Made by a program: the position numbers and the translations under genes
In this document: positions 17,911 through 27,742 of the stretch, piece by piece
Layout of the letters: each line of letters opens with the position of its first letter
Numbering within the stretch: position 1 is the stretch's first letter
DNA from: Myxococcota bacterium
GTDB taxonomy: Bacteria > Myxococcota_A > UBA9160 > UBA6930
Assembly: GCA_965223415.1 (NCBI GenBank)
Contig: OZ245002.1
Span: forward strand, 1,280,001-1,344,000
Direction of reading: 5' to 3'
DNA: 64,000 bases
The notes under the pieces: model-generated
Seen by the model: only the letters and a program-made list of their open reading frames with translations
What the model was told of the DNA's origin: nothing
Databases searched by the model: none

Positions 17911-19512
17911 ATGCGACCCTGGCTCTACGGACCGTTCCCTGATCTCCTGCTCGGCTGCGGGGGCCTCTACCTGCTGCTCTTCGCGATCCTCGCGCTCGCG
18001 GGCCCGGAGATCCGCGCGGGCCAACCGACGATCCTCTTCCCCCTGATCGCGATGCTCGCCGGAACGCCCCACTACGGCGCCACCCTGCTGCGGGTCTACG
18101 AGCGGCGACACGACCGGCGCGGCTACGTGCTCTTCTCGCTCTGGGCGACCCTGGCCGTCGCGGCGACCTTCGTCGCCGGCCTGTGGGTTCCCGCGGCCGG
18201 CGTCTTCCTGGTGACGCTGTACCTCACCTGGAGCCCCTGGCACTACACCGGCCAGAACTACGGCATCGCCGTGATGCTGCTCCGACGGGCCGGCGTGGAG
18301 CTGACGGGAGACGACAAGCGCTGGGTCTACGCGTCCTTCGTTCTGTCCTACGCGCTGGTGTTCGTGATGCTGCACGGGGGAGATGATCTGCCGGCGGACT
18401 ACGCCTCGCGGGCCATCCGCTTCCAGCCCCTCGGCGTCCCGGACGCCGTTCTCGCAGTCGTCGTCCCTGCACTGCTGGCGGCCCAGCTCGGTGCGCTGCT
18501 GGGTGCTGCCGTGCGTCTGCTCCGCCGTGCCGAGCCGCGGGCTCTCGCCCCCGCCGGGATGCTCGCGCTCACCCAGCTGCTGTGGTTCTCCCTGCCCTTC
18601 GGCCTGCGCTTCCTCGACGTCCACCCAGCCCGGCTGGAGGCGATCGACTTCGACTTCCGTACGCACTACTTCATGTGGATCGCCGGCGGGCACTTCCTCC
18701 AGTACCTGTGGGTCACCAGTTACTACGCCCGACAGGCCAGCGATTGGAGTGGACTCGGCCTGTGGTACGCCAAGGTGCTCACGGCGGGAGCCGCCGTCTG
18801 GTCCCTGCCGACCGTCGCGCTGGGCCCCCTCGGTCTGGGCCCCCTCTCCATGGACCTGGGTCTCGCGATTCTGGTGGCTTCCGCCGTCAACGTGCACCAC
18901 TTCATCCTCGACGGCGCGATCTGGAAGCTCCGGGGGCGCATCGCCGAGGTGCTGATCCGCAACGGCACACAGTCCGTCGGCGAGGTGCGTCACTCGCGGT
19001 GGGGCGCGGCGGCCCTTCGCGCCGTCTGGCTGACCTGCGCCCTGGGCCTGATCCTGTACGGCTTCCAGGTCGCCGAGAAGGAGAGGCTGGTCCGCGCCCA
19101 GCGGAGGGGAGACCTCGACGCCATGGGCGCCGCGTGGGATCGGCTCCAATGGGTCGGACTGGACGAGGTGAGCGGACGCACGCGCCTGGGCTTCGCCCTG
19201 CTGCGCGAGGGCCGGGCCCGCGACGCGCGGGAGCAGTTCCGGCGAGGCCTCGAGCTGGGCCCGCGTCCGGCGACCTGGCGCGGCCTCGCCGAGAGCTATG
19301 CCCGCCGTGGTCGCTGGAAACCCGCGGCCTTCGTGGTCGAGCGCGGCCTCGAGCAGTTCCCCGACGACGTCGCGCTGCTGACCCTCGGCGCTCGGGCATG
19401 GCGCCTCGCCGGGGAGCCGGAGCGCGCCCGGGCTCCACTGGGCCGCGCGGCGGAGCTCGCCCCGGAGGATCCCGTCGTGCGCGAGGAGCTGGAGATGCTG
19501 GAGCGGCCCTGA
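17911..19512 (+). CDS. Polytopic membrane protein with His-motifs and C-terminal TPR repeats
   Basis: About 10 TM helices; PHYGAT, WHYTGQNYG, GHFLQY, HHFILDG; TPR-like helices (LGFALLREGR...AREQFRRGLEL). Confidence 0.7.
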   Translation: MRPWLYGPFPDLLLGCGGLYLLLFAILALAGPEIRAGQPTILFPLIAMLAGTPHYGATLLRVYERRHDRRGYVLFSLWATLAVAATFVAGLWVPAAGVFLVTLYLTWSPWHYTGQNYGIAVMLLRRAGVELTGDDKRWVYASFVLSYALVFVMLHGGDDLPADYASRAIRFQPLGVPDAVLAVVVPALLAAQLGALLGAAVRLLRRAEPRALAPAGMLALTQLLWFSLPFGLRFLDVHPARLEAIDFDFRTHYFMWIAGGHFLQYLWVTSYYARQASDWSGLGLWYAKVLTAGAAVWSLPTVALGPLGLGPLSMDLGLAILVASAVNVHHFILDGAIWKLRGRIAEVLIRNGTQSVGEVRHSRWGAAALRAVWLTCALGLILYGFQVAEKERLVRAQRRGDLDAMGAAWDRLQWVGLDEVSGRTRLGFALLREGRARDAREQFRRGLELGPRPATWRGLAESYARRGRWKPAAFVVERGLEQFPDDVALLTLGARAWRLAGEPERARAPLGRAAELAPEDPVVREELEMLERP

Positions 19513-19518
19513 GATCGG

Positions 19519-20940
19519 TCAGCCCGCGGCCAGGCCCGCCGCCTTCCGCAGCTCCGCGAAGGAGTGCTCCGTCGCCCGGACCATATCGTGGAGGTCGGGC
19601 AGCTGGTCCCAATCGGCAGAGAAGCCCCAGCTGAGCACGCCGTCGTAGCTGAAGAGCGCGATGCCGAGGCCCATGGCGCCCATCAGCGGCACGTGGGGGT
19701 GGATCTCCAGGAGCGCCGCCTCCATCAGGAAGAGGGGCACGCGGGGGCCGGGGACGTTGGTCACCACCAGGTTGAAAGGCGTGCCGAGGACGGCGAGGCG
19801 CGCGCCTAGCGAGAGCAGGCCCGAGCCGGTCCACTCGGTAGCCTGGGTCAGGATCTCGGCGCCCTGGGCACGCTTCGACTTCTTCATCTCGTCGGTGGCG
19901 CGGCAGACCGCCTCCAGGCGCGCGAGGGGATCGGGCTCGTCGATCGGCAGGTCGAGGTTCCAGGCGGACACCCGGTTGCCGAGATCCCCCCGCTCGTCGT
20001 CGCTGCGAACGCTCACCGGAGCCATCACGCGAAGGCACAGACCGTTCACCGGCAGGCCCCGATCGTGGCTGAGAAAACGGCGCACGGCGCCGGCGGTTAC
20101 GGCCAGCACCACGTCGTTGACGGTTCCCCCTACGGCCCGACGCACCTCCTTGACCTCCGAAAGCTGCGTGGGCGTCCAGTCGAGGCGCCGGTGGGGACCG
20201 ATGGGCTCGTTGAACGGCAGGGCCTGGGCGCCGCTCATGTCTCGGAGCATCTCGCCCAGGGCGCCCAGGCGCTCCTGGAGCTGGTGGCGGGCATCGTCCT
20301 CGTCCCGCAGCACCCGCCCGAGCTCCGAGGCGAGCCGCGCCGGCGCCGAGACCACGCGGGCCACTTCACCGGCCGCGAGGGCCACGGCGCCGGGCTGCGC
20401 CCGCGGCTGCCAGCGGCGGATCGGATCCGGCTTCTCCTGGGGCTCGCTCGTGAGCAGTGCCGAGATCAGCTCGGAGCCGGAGACGCCGTCCACCATGCAG
20501 TGGTGCACCTTCGAGTGCACGGCGATGCGATCGCCCTCGAGCCCCTCGATCACCCACAGCTCCCAGAGGGGCTTCTCCCGGTCCAGACGCTGGGAGAAGA
20601 TCCGGCCGACCATGCGCTTCAGCTGGCGCTCGTTGCCCGGGTGGGGGAGCCGGGAGTGGCGCACGTGGTAGCGGATGTTGAAGGTCGGATCGTCCACCCA
20701 CACCGGATGGCCCTCGATGGGGGTGCGGGCCAGCCGCTGCCGGTAGCGCGGGATGCGGTCGAGGCGGGAGAGCACGTACTCCTGGATGCGCTCGATGTCG
20801 AGGGCGCCGTCGTCCAGGCGCAGCGGCCGGGCATCGTGGATCTGTGTCGAGGCCACGTGCATGGCGCACTCGGGCTGGGCGTCCTCGTAGACGAGGAAGG
20901 AGTTGTCGAGCTGGGTGAGCCGATCGTAGGACTGGGCCAT
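19519..20940 (-). CDS. Wax ester synthase/diacylglycerol acyltransferase (WS/DGAT)
   Basis: HHCMVDG catalytic motif, PLWELW, TVNDVVLA, NVPGP. Confidence 0.93.
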   Translation of the reverse strand: MAQSYDRLTQLDNSFLVYEDAQPECAMHVASTQIHDARPLRLDDGALDIERIQEYVLSRLDRIPRYRQRLARTPIEGHPVWVDDPTFNIRYHVRHSRLPHPGNERQLKRMVGRIFSQRLDREKPLWELWVIEGLEGDRIAVHSKVHHCMVDGVSGSELISALLTSEPQEKPDPIRRWQPRAQPGAVALAAGEVARVVSAPARLASELGRVLRDEDDARHQLQERLGALGEMLRDMSGAQALPFNEPIGPHRRLDWTPTQLSEVKEVRRAVGGTVNDVVLAVTAGAVRRFLSHDRGLPVNGLCLRVMAPVSVRSDDERGDLGNRVSAWNLDLPIDEPDPLARLEAVCRATDEMKKSKRAQGAEILTQATEWTGSGLLSLGARLAVLGTPFNLVVTNVPGPRVPLFLMEAALLEIHPHVPLMGAMGLGIALFSYDGVLSWGFSADWDQLPDLHDMVRATEHSFAELRKAAGLAAG

Positions 20941-20955
20941 GATTCTCCGCCTTCC

Positions 20956-22359
20956 TCAGAGCTTGCGCAGGATCTCGAACTCCCGCTCCACGTCGCCGAC
21001 GAACTCGTGGAGATCCGACAGGGCGTCCCAGTCCGCGTTGAAGCCCCAGTGCAGGACGCCGTCGTAGCTGAGCAGGGCCGTCCCCAGCGCCTGGTTCTCG
21101 AATAGCGGCACCAGCGGATACGACTCGAGCATCTTCGCACCGTTCAGGAAGACCGGGAACTGGGGCCCCGGGACGTTCGTGACCACCATGTTGTAGGAGC
21201 GTTGGGAAGCAGCGAGCCGGCTCATGCCCGTGAGCAGCGTGGTCGAGGTCCAGTCGCTGAGCTCCTCGAGCACCTGGGTGCCCTGGGCCTGGCCGGACTG
21301 CTTCAGCTCGCGGGTCTCCTCGATCACGCGCTGGACGCGGCGCTGGGGATCGTTCTCGTCCACGGGAAGCCGCGTCACCAGCATCGAGACGCGGTTGCCG
21401 AGAGTGCCGCGCTGGTCCTCGGTGCGCGTGCTGACCGGGACGAACACGCGGAAGTCGATGTCGTCCGTGTCGACACCGTGGTGCGTCAGGAAGCGGCGCA
21501 CGGCACCGCTCACGCAGGCGAGCACGACGTCGTTGATCGTGCCTCCGAACTTCGACTTCACCTCCTTCACCACGCCGAGATCAAAGCGGGTCCAGTCGAA
21601 GCGTCGGTAGGGACCGATCGGCACGTTGAGGGGCGTCTCGGAGGCCGGCGAGAAGGCCTTGCCGAGGCCCTCGACGAAGCCCGTCGCCGCGTGGGACGCG
21701 GATTCGAAGCTCTCCTCCGGGCGCCGCAGCGATTGCGCCAGGTCGGACATCACGCGGCCGGGCAGCCCGATCCGGCGCCGCAGCTCGCCGCCCAGGAGCT
21801 CGAGGGCGCCCGGCGCCGTGCGGGGACGCCAGGGAGCGTGGCTCTCGGTCGGGCGATAGTCGCGATCCGGCCCCATGAACGCCGCCAACAGCTCGACGCC
21901 GGAGATCCCGTCGATCAGGCAGTGGTGCACCTTCGAGATCACTGCGAAGCGGCCGTCCTCGAGCCCTTCGACGAACCACAGCTCCCACATCGGCTTCGAG
22001 CGGTCGAGCTTCTGGGACATGATCCGGCCGGCCAGGCGCTTCAGCCTGCGCTCGTCGCCGGGAATCGGAAGCGCCGTGTGCCGCAGGTGGTAGAGAAGGT
22101 TGAATCGATCGTCGTCGATCCACACCGGATGACCCGTGATGGGGACCTGGGAGAGCTTCTGCCGGAAACGCGGTGCGCGGCGAAGGCCGGCCTCGGCCAA
22201 CGCCAGGATCTGGTCGAAGTCGATCCCGCCGCCGGGCGTGGCCAGGGGCCCCGGATCGAAGATCGCGACGGTCCCCACGTGCATGTGCACGCCCTCGGAT
22301 TCAAGCTCGAGGAAGGTCGTGTCGAGGGCGGTCAGCCGGTCGTAGTGCGTGTAGGGCAC
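20956..22359 (-). CDS. Wax ester synthase/diacylglycerol acyltransferase (WS/DGAT), tandem paralog
   Basis: HHCLIDG, PMWELW, TINDVVLA, NVPGP; GTG start with GAGGAGG RBS. Confidence 0.93.
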   Translation of the reverse strand: MPYTHYDRLTALDTTFLELESEGVHMHVGTVAIFDPGPLATPGGGIDFDQILALAEAGLRRAPRFRQKLSQVPITGHPVWIDDDRFNLLYHLRHTALPIPGDERRLKRLAGRIMSQKLDRSKPMWELWFVEGLEDGRFAVISKVHHCLIDGISGVELLAAFMGPDRDYRPTESHAPWRPRTAPGALELLGGELRRRIGLPGRVMSDLAQSLRRPEESFESASHAATGFVEGLGKAFSPASETPLNVPIGPYRRFDWTRFDLGVVKEVKSKFGGTINDVVLACVSGAVRRFLTHHGVDTDDIDFRVFVPVSTRTEDQRGTLGNRVSMLVTRLPVDENDPQRRVQRVIEETRELKQSGQAQGTQVLEELSDWTSTTLLTGMSRLAASQRSYNMVVTNVPGPQFPVFLNGAKMLESYPLVPLFENQALGTALLSYDGVLHWGFNADWDALSDLHEFVGDVEREFEILRKL

Positions 22360-22387
22360 GGACGCCTCCTCTTCCCCGGAGACATTG

Positions 22388-22403
22388 TGCAGGTTTCGCG
22401 CCC
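22388..22403 (-). promoter_or_regulatory. Candidate sigma54 promoter for the WS/DGAT pair
   Basis: GGGCGCG-AAAC-CTGCA gives GG-N10-GC, positioned just upstream of the RBS. Confidence 0.4.
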
Positions 22404-22528
22404 AGCCCGCCCCCGCTGGCTGGCGCCCTCGGAGCCGCCCGGGCGCCCCCACTGCACCCTTTCGCCTCGAAGCGGGGCGTCGCGCCTCGTCTCCTTCCGG
22501 GGCGCCCCCCGGCATCGCCCTCGGGAGC

Positions 22529-22543
22529 TGGCACGGAACCTGC
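22529..22543 (+). promoter_or_regulatory. Candidate sigma54 promoter for the cytochrome c gene
   Basis: TGGCACG-GAAC-CTGC, near the TGGCACG-N4-TTGC consensus with exact GG-N10-GC spacing. Confidence 0.55.
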
Positions 22544-22571
22544 GTCTTGGGGAGGCCGAGGAGGATCCGCC

Positions 22572-22979
22572 GTGAAGCCCTGCGCACCGTTGATCGTCGG
22601 CCTGGCCCTCGGTCTCGCCCTGTCCGGAGCCGCCGCTGCCGACGAGGGTGAGCGCACCGGCGAGCTCGAGTTCACGAAGTACTGCAGCTCCTGCCACGGA
22701 GCCAACGCCACCGGCGTCGGCCCGGTCGCGGAGGTGCTCGACCCGAAGCCCGCAGATCTCACCCGCATCGCTGCACGTCGCGAGGGCGTGTTCCCGGAGG
22801 TCGAGATCCAGCGGATCATCGACGGACGCGATCCGGTGCGCGCTCACGGTGCCAAGCAGATGCCCGTCTGGGGAGAGATCTTCCGCGGCGAGCTCGGCCC
22901 GGGCCCGGCAGGCGAGTCCGCCGCCCGCGGCAAGGCGTGGCTGATCATCCGTTACCTGAAGACGATCCAGGTGGAGTAG
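22572..22979 (+). CDS. Periplasmic monoheme cytochrome c
   Basis: Signal peptide, CSSCH heme motif, PADLT, MPVWG axial Met; GAGGAGG RBS. Confidence 0.9.
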   Translation: MKPCAPLIVGLALGLALSGAAAADEGERTGELEFTKYCSSCHGANATGVGPVAEVLDPKPADLTRIAARREGVFPEVEIQRIIDGRDPVRAHGAKQMPVWGEIFRGELGPGPAGESAARGKAWLIIRYLKTIQVE

Positions 22980-22989
22980 CCGCCGGGCT

Positions 22990-25134
22990 TCAGCCGGCCG
23001 CCGGCCGGACATTCACCGGAATCGCGCTCTGGAGTGCCAGGCCGGTGGAGGGGTCGTAGCGGGTATCGGCAGACGTCAGCAGCTGGACGTTCGAGCCCTT
23101 CTCGCGGGTCGGTCGCGGATCGGCGGGGTTCCCCCAACCGAAGGCGAAGGCGATCGTGCCGGGGCCGACGCCGTCGCTCGCCTCGACGATGCCCTCCACC
23201 CGGCCGTGCTCGTTCTCGACCCACACCGTGTCGCCGTCCTCGAGCCCACGCTCCCGCATGGCCACCGGATGCATGAGCACCGGGTTGTAGCTGCGCTTTC
23301 GCGCGAGGGAGGGCAGGTTCTGCCCCTGGCTGCAGTACACCTCGGGCATGCGGTAGGTGATCATGCGGAAGGCGAACTCTTCGCCCGGCGCGTAGCCGCC
23401 GCCCGCAAGGACCTCCTCGCCGCGGACCTCGCGCAGCTCGGCCAAGACCGCCGGGTGCCCCGCAGCCATCTTCCGGTCCGGGTGGCCGATCATGTTGGGG
23501 ATCACGCCGCCGGCCTGCATGTGCCGCTCCGCGAAGGCCAGGCCGCTCGGGTGCCCCCGCAGCTCGTCCAGCGGAACCCGCGCGTGGCGGTACATGGCGT
23601 CGAGGAGCTCGTCGGTCGTGGGCGTCGCCTCCGGCGTGAGGTGACCCACGCGCAGGGGCAGGCCCAGCCGCCCGGCGAGCTCCCAGAACACCTTCCACTC
23701 CTCGATCGTCCCCGCCGGCGCTTCCACCACCGGCGCCGTGTACTGGCCGAAGGGGAACGGGTAGCTGGCGTCCATGAGCTTCGAGACGTCGGGCCGCTCG
23801 AAGGGGTGCCGCACGGCGAACACGTAGTCGGCGGCCTCGGCGGTGGCCGAGCGGAAGAGATCCAGCACGACCAGGAGCTCCAGGTCCCGGAGGGCGCGCT
23901 GCGCCCGCTCCGTCTCCGCGAACACGAGGGCCGGATTGCCGCCGTTCACGATGAGCGCGCGGATCCGCCCCTCGCCCGGCGTGAGGATCTCGTCGGCAAG
24001 GGTGCTGGTCGGCATCTCGTGATAGGCGCCGAACAAGCCCGGCAGGCCGGAGATGCCTCGAATTCGCGACTTCGGAGGCGTGTCGATGGGAATCGGGCGG
24101 GAGTCCTCGGTGAACTGGTGGCCCAGGGCGCCCTCGCTGCGGGTCATGCCGCCGGGCCGGTCGTAGCGGCCGCAGATCCCGTTGAGGGTCATGACCAGCT
24201 GGGTCGCCAGGTTGTGATGGGGAGCCATGTGCATGCCCGTGCCGCTGATGGCGCCGCCGCTCTCGGCGCCCGCGAAGCGGACGGCCGCCTCTTCGATGAG
24301 CGCGGCGGGGACTCCAGTGCGCCGCTCCGCATACTCCAGGTCGAAGCCCTCGAGGGCCGCGTTCAGCTCGGCCACGCCGCTCACGAAGCGGTCCGCGTAG
24401 TCGCGATCGTGAAGGCCGCGATCCAGGATCACCTTCAGCATGGCCGCCAGCAGCGTCGCGTCCTCACCCGGCTTCACCTGGAGATGCAGGTCGGCGCTCC
24501 GGGCCGCGTCGGAGCGCCGCGGGTCGACGACGATCAGCACCGCGCCTCGTTGCCGGGCATCGCGGATCCGCCGCGCGGGCGCCGACTGGCCCATGTTGAG
24601 CTGGTGGGAGCGGGCGGGATTGGTGCCCACGAACAGCAGGCAATCCGCCCGCTCGACGTCGAGGAGGTTGCAGGGAACGGGCCCGCCGAAGAAGCGGTTG
24701 CCGGCCACCGCGAGGCTCGGCGAATCGATCGTGAAGGACGTGTACATCCGGCTCGAGCCCAGGGCCTGGAGCCAGCGCCGCACGAACCAGGGGCCACCCG
24801 CGGATGTCCGGTGGCCGCCGCAGCCTGTGTAGACCGCCACGGCGTCGGCTCCGTGGCGCGCGACCACGTCGCCGAGCCGCTCGGCCACCTCGTCGAGGGC
24901 CCGGCCTACCGGGAGGTCGGCCCAGCCCTCGCCGTCCCGGCGCTGGGGCGCGAGGAGGCGATCCGGATGGTGGACGCGCTCCACCTCAGCCCGGCCCTTC
25001 GCGCAGGTGTAGCCCCGGGTCACCTCGTTGTCGTGGTCTCCGCGCACGGCGACCACCCGTCCGTCGTCCACGTCGACCTCGAGGCCGCAGAACACGTGAC
25101 AGAAGCGACAGAAGGTCTTGTGGGTCTCGGGCAT
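22990..25134 (-). CDS. Molybdopterin (bis-MGD) oxidoreductase, DMSO reductase family
   Basis: CRFCHVFC...C [4Fe-4S] motif, CAKG, HHPDRL, VVDPRRS, C-terminal molydop-binding domain; no TAT signal. Confidence 0.9.
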   Translation of the reverse strand: MPETHKTFCRFCHVFCGLEVDVDDGRVVAVRGDHDNEVTRGYTCAKGRAEVERVHHPDRLLAPQRRDGEGWADLPVGRALDEVAERLGDVVARHGADAVAVYTGCGGHRTSAGGPWFVRRWLQALGSSRMYTSFTIDSPSLAVAGNRFFGGPVPCNLLDVERADCLLFVGTNPARSHQLNMGQSAPARRIRDARQRGAVLIVVDPRRSDAARSADLHLQVKPGEDATLLAAMLKVILDRGLHDRDYADRFVSGVAELNAALEGFDLEYAERRTGVPAALIEEAAVRFAGAESGGAISGTGMHMAPHHNLATQLVMTLNGICGRYDRPGGMTRSEGALGHQFTEDSRPIPIDTPPKSRIRGISGLPGLFGAYHEMPTSTLADEILTPGEGRIRALIVNGGNPALVFAETERAQRALRDLELLVVLDLFRSATAEAADYVFAVRHPFERPDVSKLMDASYPFPFGQYTAPVVEAPAGTIEEWKVFWELAGRLGLPLRVGHLTPEATPTTDELLDAMYRHARVPLDELRGHPSGLAFAERHMQAGGVIPNMIGHPDRKMAAGHPAVLAELREVRGEEVLAGGGYAPGEEFAFRMITYRMPEVYCSQGQNLPSLARKRSYNPVLMHPVAMRERGLEDGDTVWVENEHGRVEGIVEASDGVGPGTIAFAFGWGNPADPRPTREKGSNVQLLTSADTRYDPSTGLALQSAIPVNVRPAAG

Positions 25135-25140
25135 GGATCG

Positions 25141-25152
25141 AGGATACCGTAG
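25141..25152. promoter_or_regulatory. Overlapping divergent -10 elements (AGGATACCGTAG)
   Basis: TATCCT on the minus strand lies 6 nt before ATG 25134; TACCGT on the plus strand lies upstream of the SDR RBS. The same 12-mer occurs at 41929-41940. Confidence 0.55.
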
Positions 25153-25173
25153 GAGCCACGAACAGGAGGACGC

Positions 25174-26010
25174 ATGAAGCGGCTGGAGGAACGGGTGGCG
25201 GTGATCACGGGTGGTGCGAGCGGCCTCGGCGAGGCGACGGCGCGCCGCTTCGCGTCCGAGGGCGCCCGGGTCGTGATCGCCGACGTGCAGCGGGAGCGCG
25301 GAGAGGCCGTCGCAGCCGAGCTCGGGGAGGCGGCGCGCTTCCATCCGACCGACGTCACCCGCGAGAGCGAGATCGCCGCCGCCATCGATCTCGCCGTTGG
25401 TCGCTGGGGACGGCTCGATTGCATGTTCGCCAACGCCGGCGTCGTCGGCGCCATCGGGCCGATCGACGAGACGCCGGCGGAGGAGTACGACGCCACCATG
25501 GCGATCCTCCTGCGCGGGACCTTCCTGTGCATGAAGCACGCGGCCCGGGCGATGAAGCCGCGCCGCGCCGGGACGATCCTCTGCACGTCGAGCATCGCCG
25601 GCCTCCAGGGTGGCCTCGGCCCCCACGTCTATGCCGCGGCGAAGGCCGGCCTGATCGGGCTCACCCGCAACGTGGCTGCGGAGCTCGGCCGCTTCGGCAT
25701 CCGCGTCAACTGCATCGCACCCGGCAACATCGCGACGCCGATGGTCGCCGACGTCGTGCTCGGCGACCCGGCCGGCGTCGACCAGGCCACCGAGAGCTTG
25801 GCCGAGCGGTCGCCGCTCAAGGACCGCCCGGGCCTGGCCGGCGACATCGCCGAGGCGGCCCTCTGGCTCGCCAGCGACGAGGCGGGCTACGTGAACGGCC
25901 ATACCCTCGTGGTGGACGGGGGTCTCACCACCGGCGTCTCGACGACGACGCCCCCGATCTTCCGCAAGCACGGCGAGTGGATCGGCGAGGCGGGTCGGAG
26001 GGGGGTCTAG
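25174..26010 (+). CDS. SDR oxidoreductase
   Basis: TGGASGLG, ANAG, YAAAK, RVNCIAPG. Confidence 0.92.
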   Translation: MKRLEERVAVITGGASGLGEATARRFASEGARVVIADVQRERGEAVAAELGEAARFHPTDVTRESEIAAAIDLAVGRWGRLDCMFANAGVVGAIGPIDETPAEEYDATMAILLRGTFLCMKHAARAMKPRRAGTILCTSSIAGLQGGLGPHVYAAAKAGLIGLTRNVAAELGRFGIRVNCIAPGNIATPMVADVVLGDPAGVDQATESLAERSPLKDRPGLAGDIAEAALWLASDEAGYVNGHTLVVDGGLTTGVSTTTPPIFRKHGEWIGEAGRRGV

Positions 26011-26813
26011 TCGGTCTCGGACGGATCGGCCGGCAGATCGTTGAAGCCCGCCAGGTAGCGGCCGGCGTGGGCGCCGCCGTCGACCGGGAGATCGATGCCG
26101 GTGCAGTGACGGCTCGCATCGGAGGCGAGGAAGAGCACGGCGTCCGCGATCGCGTCGAGCGGCGCCTCCCCGGGAAGCGCGCGGTCTTCGGTGTAGGCCT
26201 TGGTCTGCTCCAGCAGCCCGACGAGCTGCTGGATCCAGGGGCCGTACATCTCGGGGTTGCCGCCGGCTGGGCACACGGTGTTCACCCGGATCCCGTCGCG
26301 CCCGAGCTCGAGTGCCGCGCTCTTCGCCAGGCCCCGCAAGCCCCACTTGCTGGCGGCGTAGACGGCCACGCCGTTCATCCCCAGCAGCCCGTCGACGGAG
26401 GCGACGTTGACGATCGAGCCCTTCCCCTGGCTCCGCATCGCTGGCGCCACGGCGCGGATGCCGAGGAAGGGGCCGATCAGGTTGACGTCGACGACGCTCC
26501 GCGCCTGCTCCGGCGACGTGCGCTCGATCGCTCCCATCTGCAGACGCCCGGCGTTGTTGACGAGGACGTCGATGCGGCCTTGACGGGAGAGTGCCCCCTC
26601 GACCACGCGGCCCCAGTCGTCCTCGCTCGTCACATCGAGCGGCTCGTAGGTCGCGCCATCGCCGAGCTGGGCGGCCATGGATCTTCCCTCTTCGTGACGC
26701 AGGTCTCCGAGCACGACCCGGGCGCCGGCGGCGGTGAGGCGCCGGGCGATCACTGCGCCGACGCCGCGGGCGGCGCCGGTCACGATGGCGACACGATCGT
26801 GCAGCGGGTCCAT
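26007..26813 (-). CDS. SDR oxidoreductase
   Basis: TGAARGVG, NNAG, YAASK, RVNTVCP. Confidence 0.92.
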   Translation of the reverse strand: MDPLHDRVAIVTGAARGVGAVIARRLTAAGARVVLGDLRHEEGRSMAAQLGDGATYEPLDVTSEDDWGRVVEGALSRQGRIDVLVNNAGRLQMGAIERTSPEQARSVVDVNLIGPFLGIRAVAPAMRSQGKGSIVNVASVDGLLGMNGVAVYAASKWGLRGLAKSAALELGRDGIRVNTVCPAGGNPEMYGPWIQQLVGLLEQTKAYTEDRALPGEAPLDAIADAVLFLASDASRHCTGIDLPVDGGAHAGRYLAGFNDLPADPSETD

Positions 26814-26815
26814 CG

Positions 26816-27727
26816 CTAGAGCTCGCTTCGCAGGAAGTCGAGCGTGCGCGGGACGGCGCCCTCTTCGCCGGGGAACACGCTGGCCGCGAAGTCGGTCACG
26901 CCGGCGTCGCGATAGGCCGCCAGCCCCGCCCGGAGGGTGGCCTCGTCGCCCACCAGGGCGAGCGCGCCGGGGCTGGCCGCGCCTTCCCGGTCGAGCATCG
27001 CCCGGTAGGAGGGCAGCCTTCCGTAGATCTTGAAGGTGGCGTCGCAGGCCGCCCGAGCGGCGGCCGGATCCCGGGCCAGGGAGATCGGGACGGCCGACTG
27101 GACGCGGGGCGCGGGACGGCCCGCCGCTTCCGCGGCCTTGCCGATGCCCGACACGATGTGGCTCGCGAGGGTGCGGAGGCCCGTCATCCAGGTCGACGTG
27201 CCGTCGGCCAGCTCACCCGCCACCTCCAGCATGCGGGGCCCGAGCGCGGCGACCAGCACGGAGACGCGGGAGGCGCCCGCGACTTGCAGCGCGGCGTGGA
27301 CCCGGTAGATCTCGCCGTCGAAGGCCACGGGCTTGCCTTCGAGGAGGGGCACCAACGCGGACAGGTACTCCCGCATCTGCTTCGCCGGACGGGCGTAGGA
27401 CAAGCCGAACATGTCCTCGATGACGGCCTTGTGGGAGAGGCCCACGCCGAGGGTGAAGCGACCGCCGCTGGCAGCCTGGGCAGTGAGCGCCTGCTGGGCC
27501 ATCGCCGCCGGGTGGCGGGGAGCCGCTGGGACGACGGAGGGAATCAGCTCGATCCGGCTCGTCTCCCGGCCAGCGACGGTGAGCATGCCGATCGCGTCGA
27601 GGCCGAAGATGCTGGGAACGACGTAGAAGGCGAAGCCGTCCGCTTCGACGCGCCGCGCCTCCAGGGCGATCTGGTCGAGGGTCGTCGTCGGCTCGCCGGC
27701 GCGGGCGCTCACGTATCCGATCTTCAT
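26816..27727 (-). CDS. LLM-class F420-dependent oxidoreductase (TIGR03564-like)
   Basis: PRHPAAMAQQALT, GRFTLGVGLSH, VAALGPRML, YGRLPSYRAMLDREG. Confidence 0.85.
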   Translation of the reverse strand: MKIGYVSARAGEPTTTLDQIALEARRVEADGFAFYVVPSIFGLDAIGMLTVAGRETSRIELIPSVVPAAPRHPAAMAQQALTAQAASGGRFTLGVGLSHKAVIEDMFGLSYARPAKQMREYLSALVPLLEGKPVAFDGEIYRVHAALQVAGASRVSVLVAALGPRMLEVAGELADGTSTWMTGLRTLASHIVSGIGKAAEAAGRPAPRVQSAVPISLARDPAAARAACDATFKIYGRLPSYRAMLDREGAASPGALALVGDEATLRAGLAAYRDAGVTDFAASVFPGEEGAVPRTLDFLRSEL

Positions 27728-27742
27728 CCCGCGTCTCCTCTT

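Noticed and set aside
22990..26346. 1118-aa ORF as a giant fusion; also possible Sec in the molybdoenzyme
   Set aside because: The first ~400 aa are low-complexity sequence overlapping the SDR genes; the real start is ATG 25134. The frame has no internal TGA.
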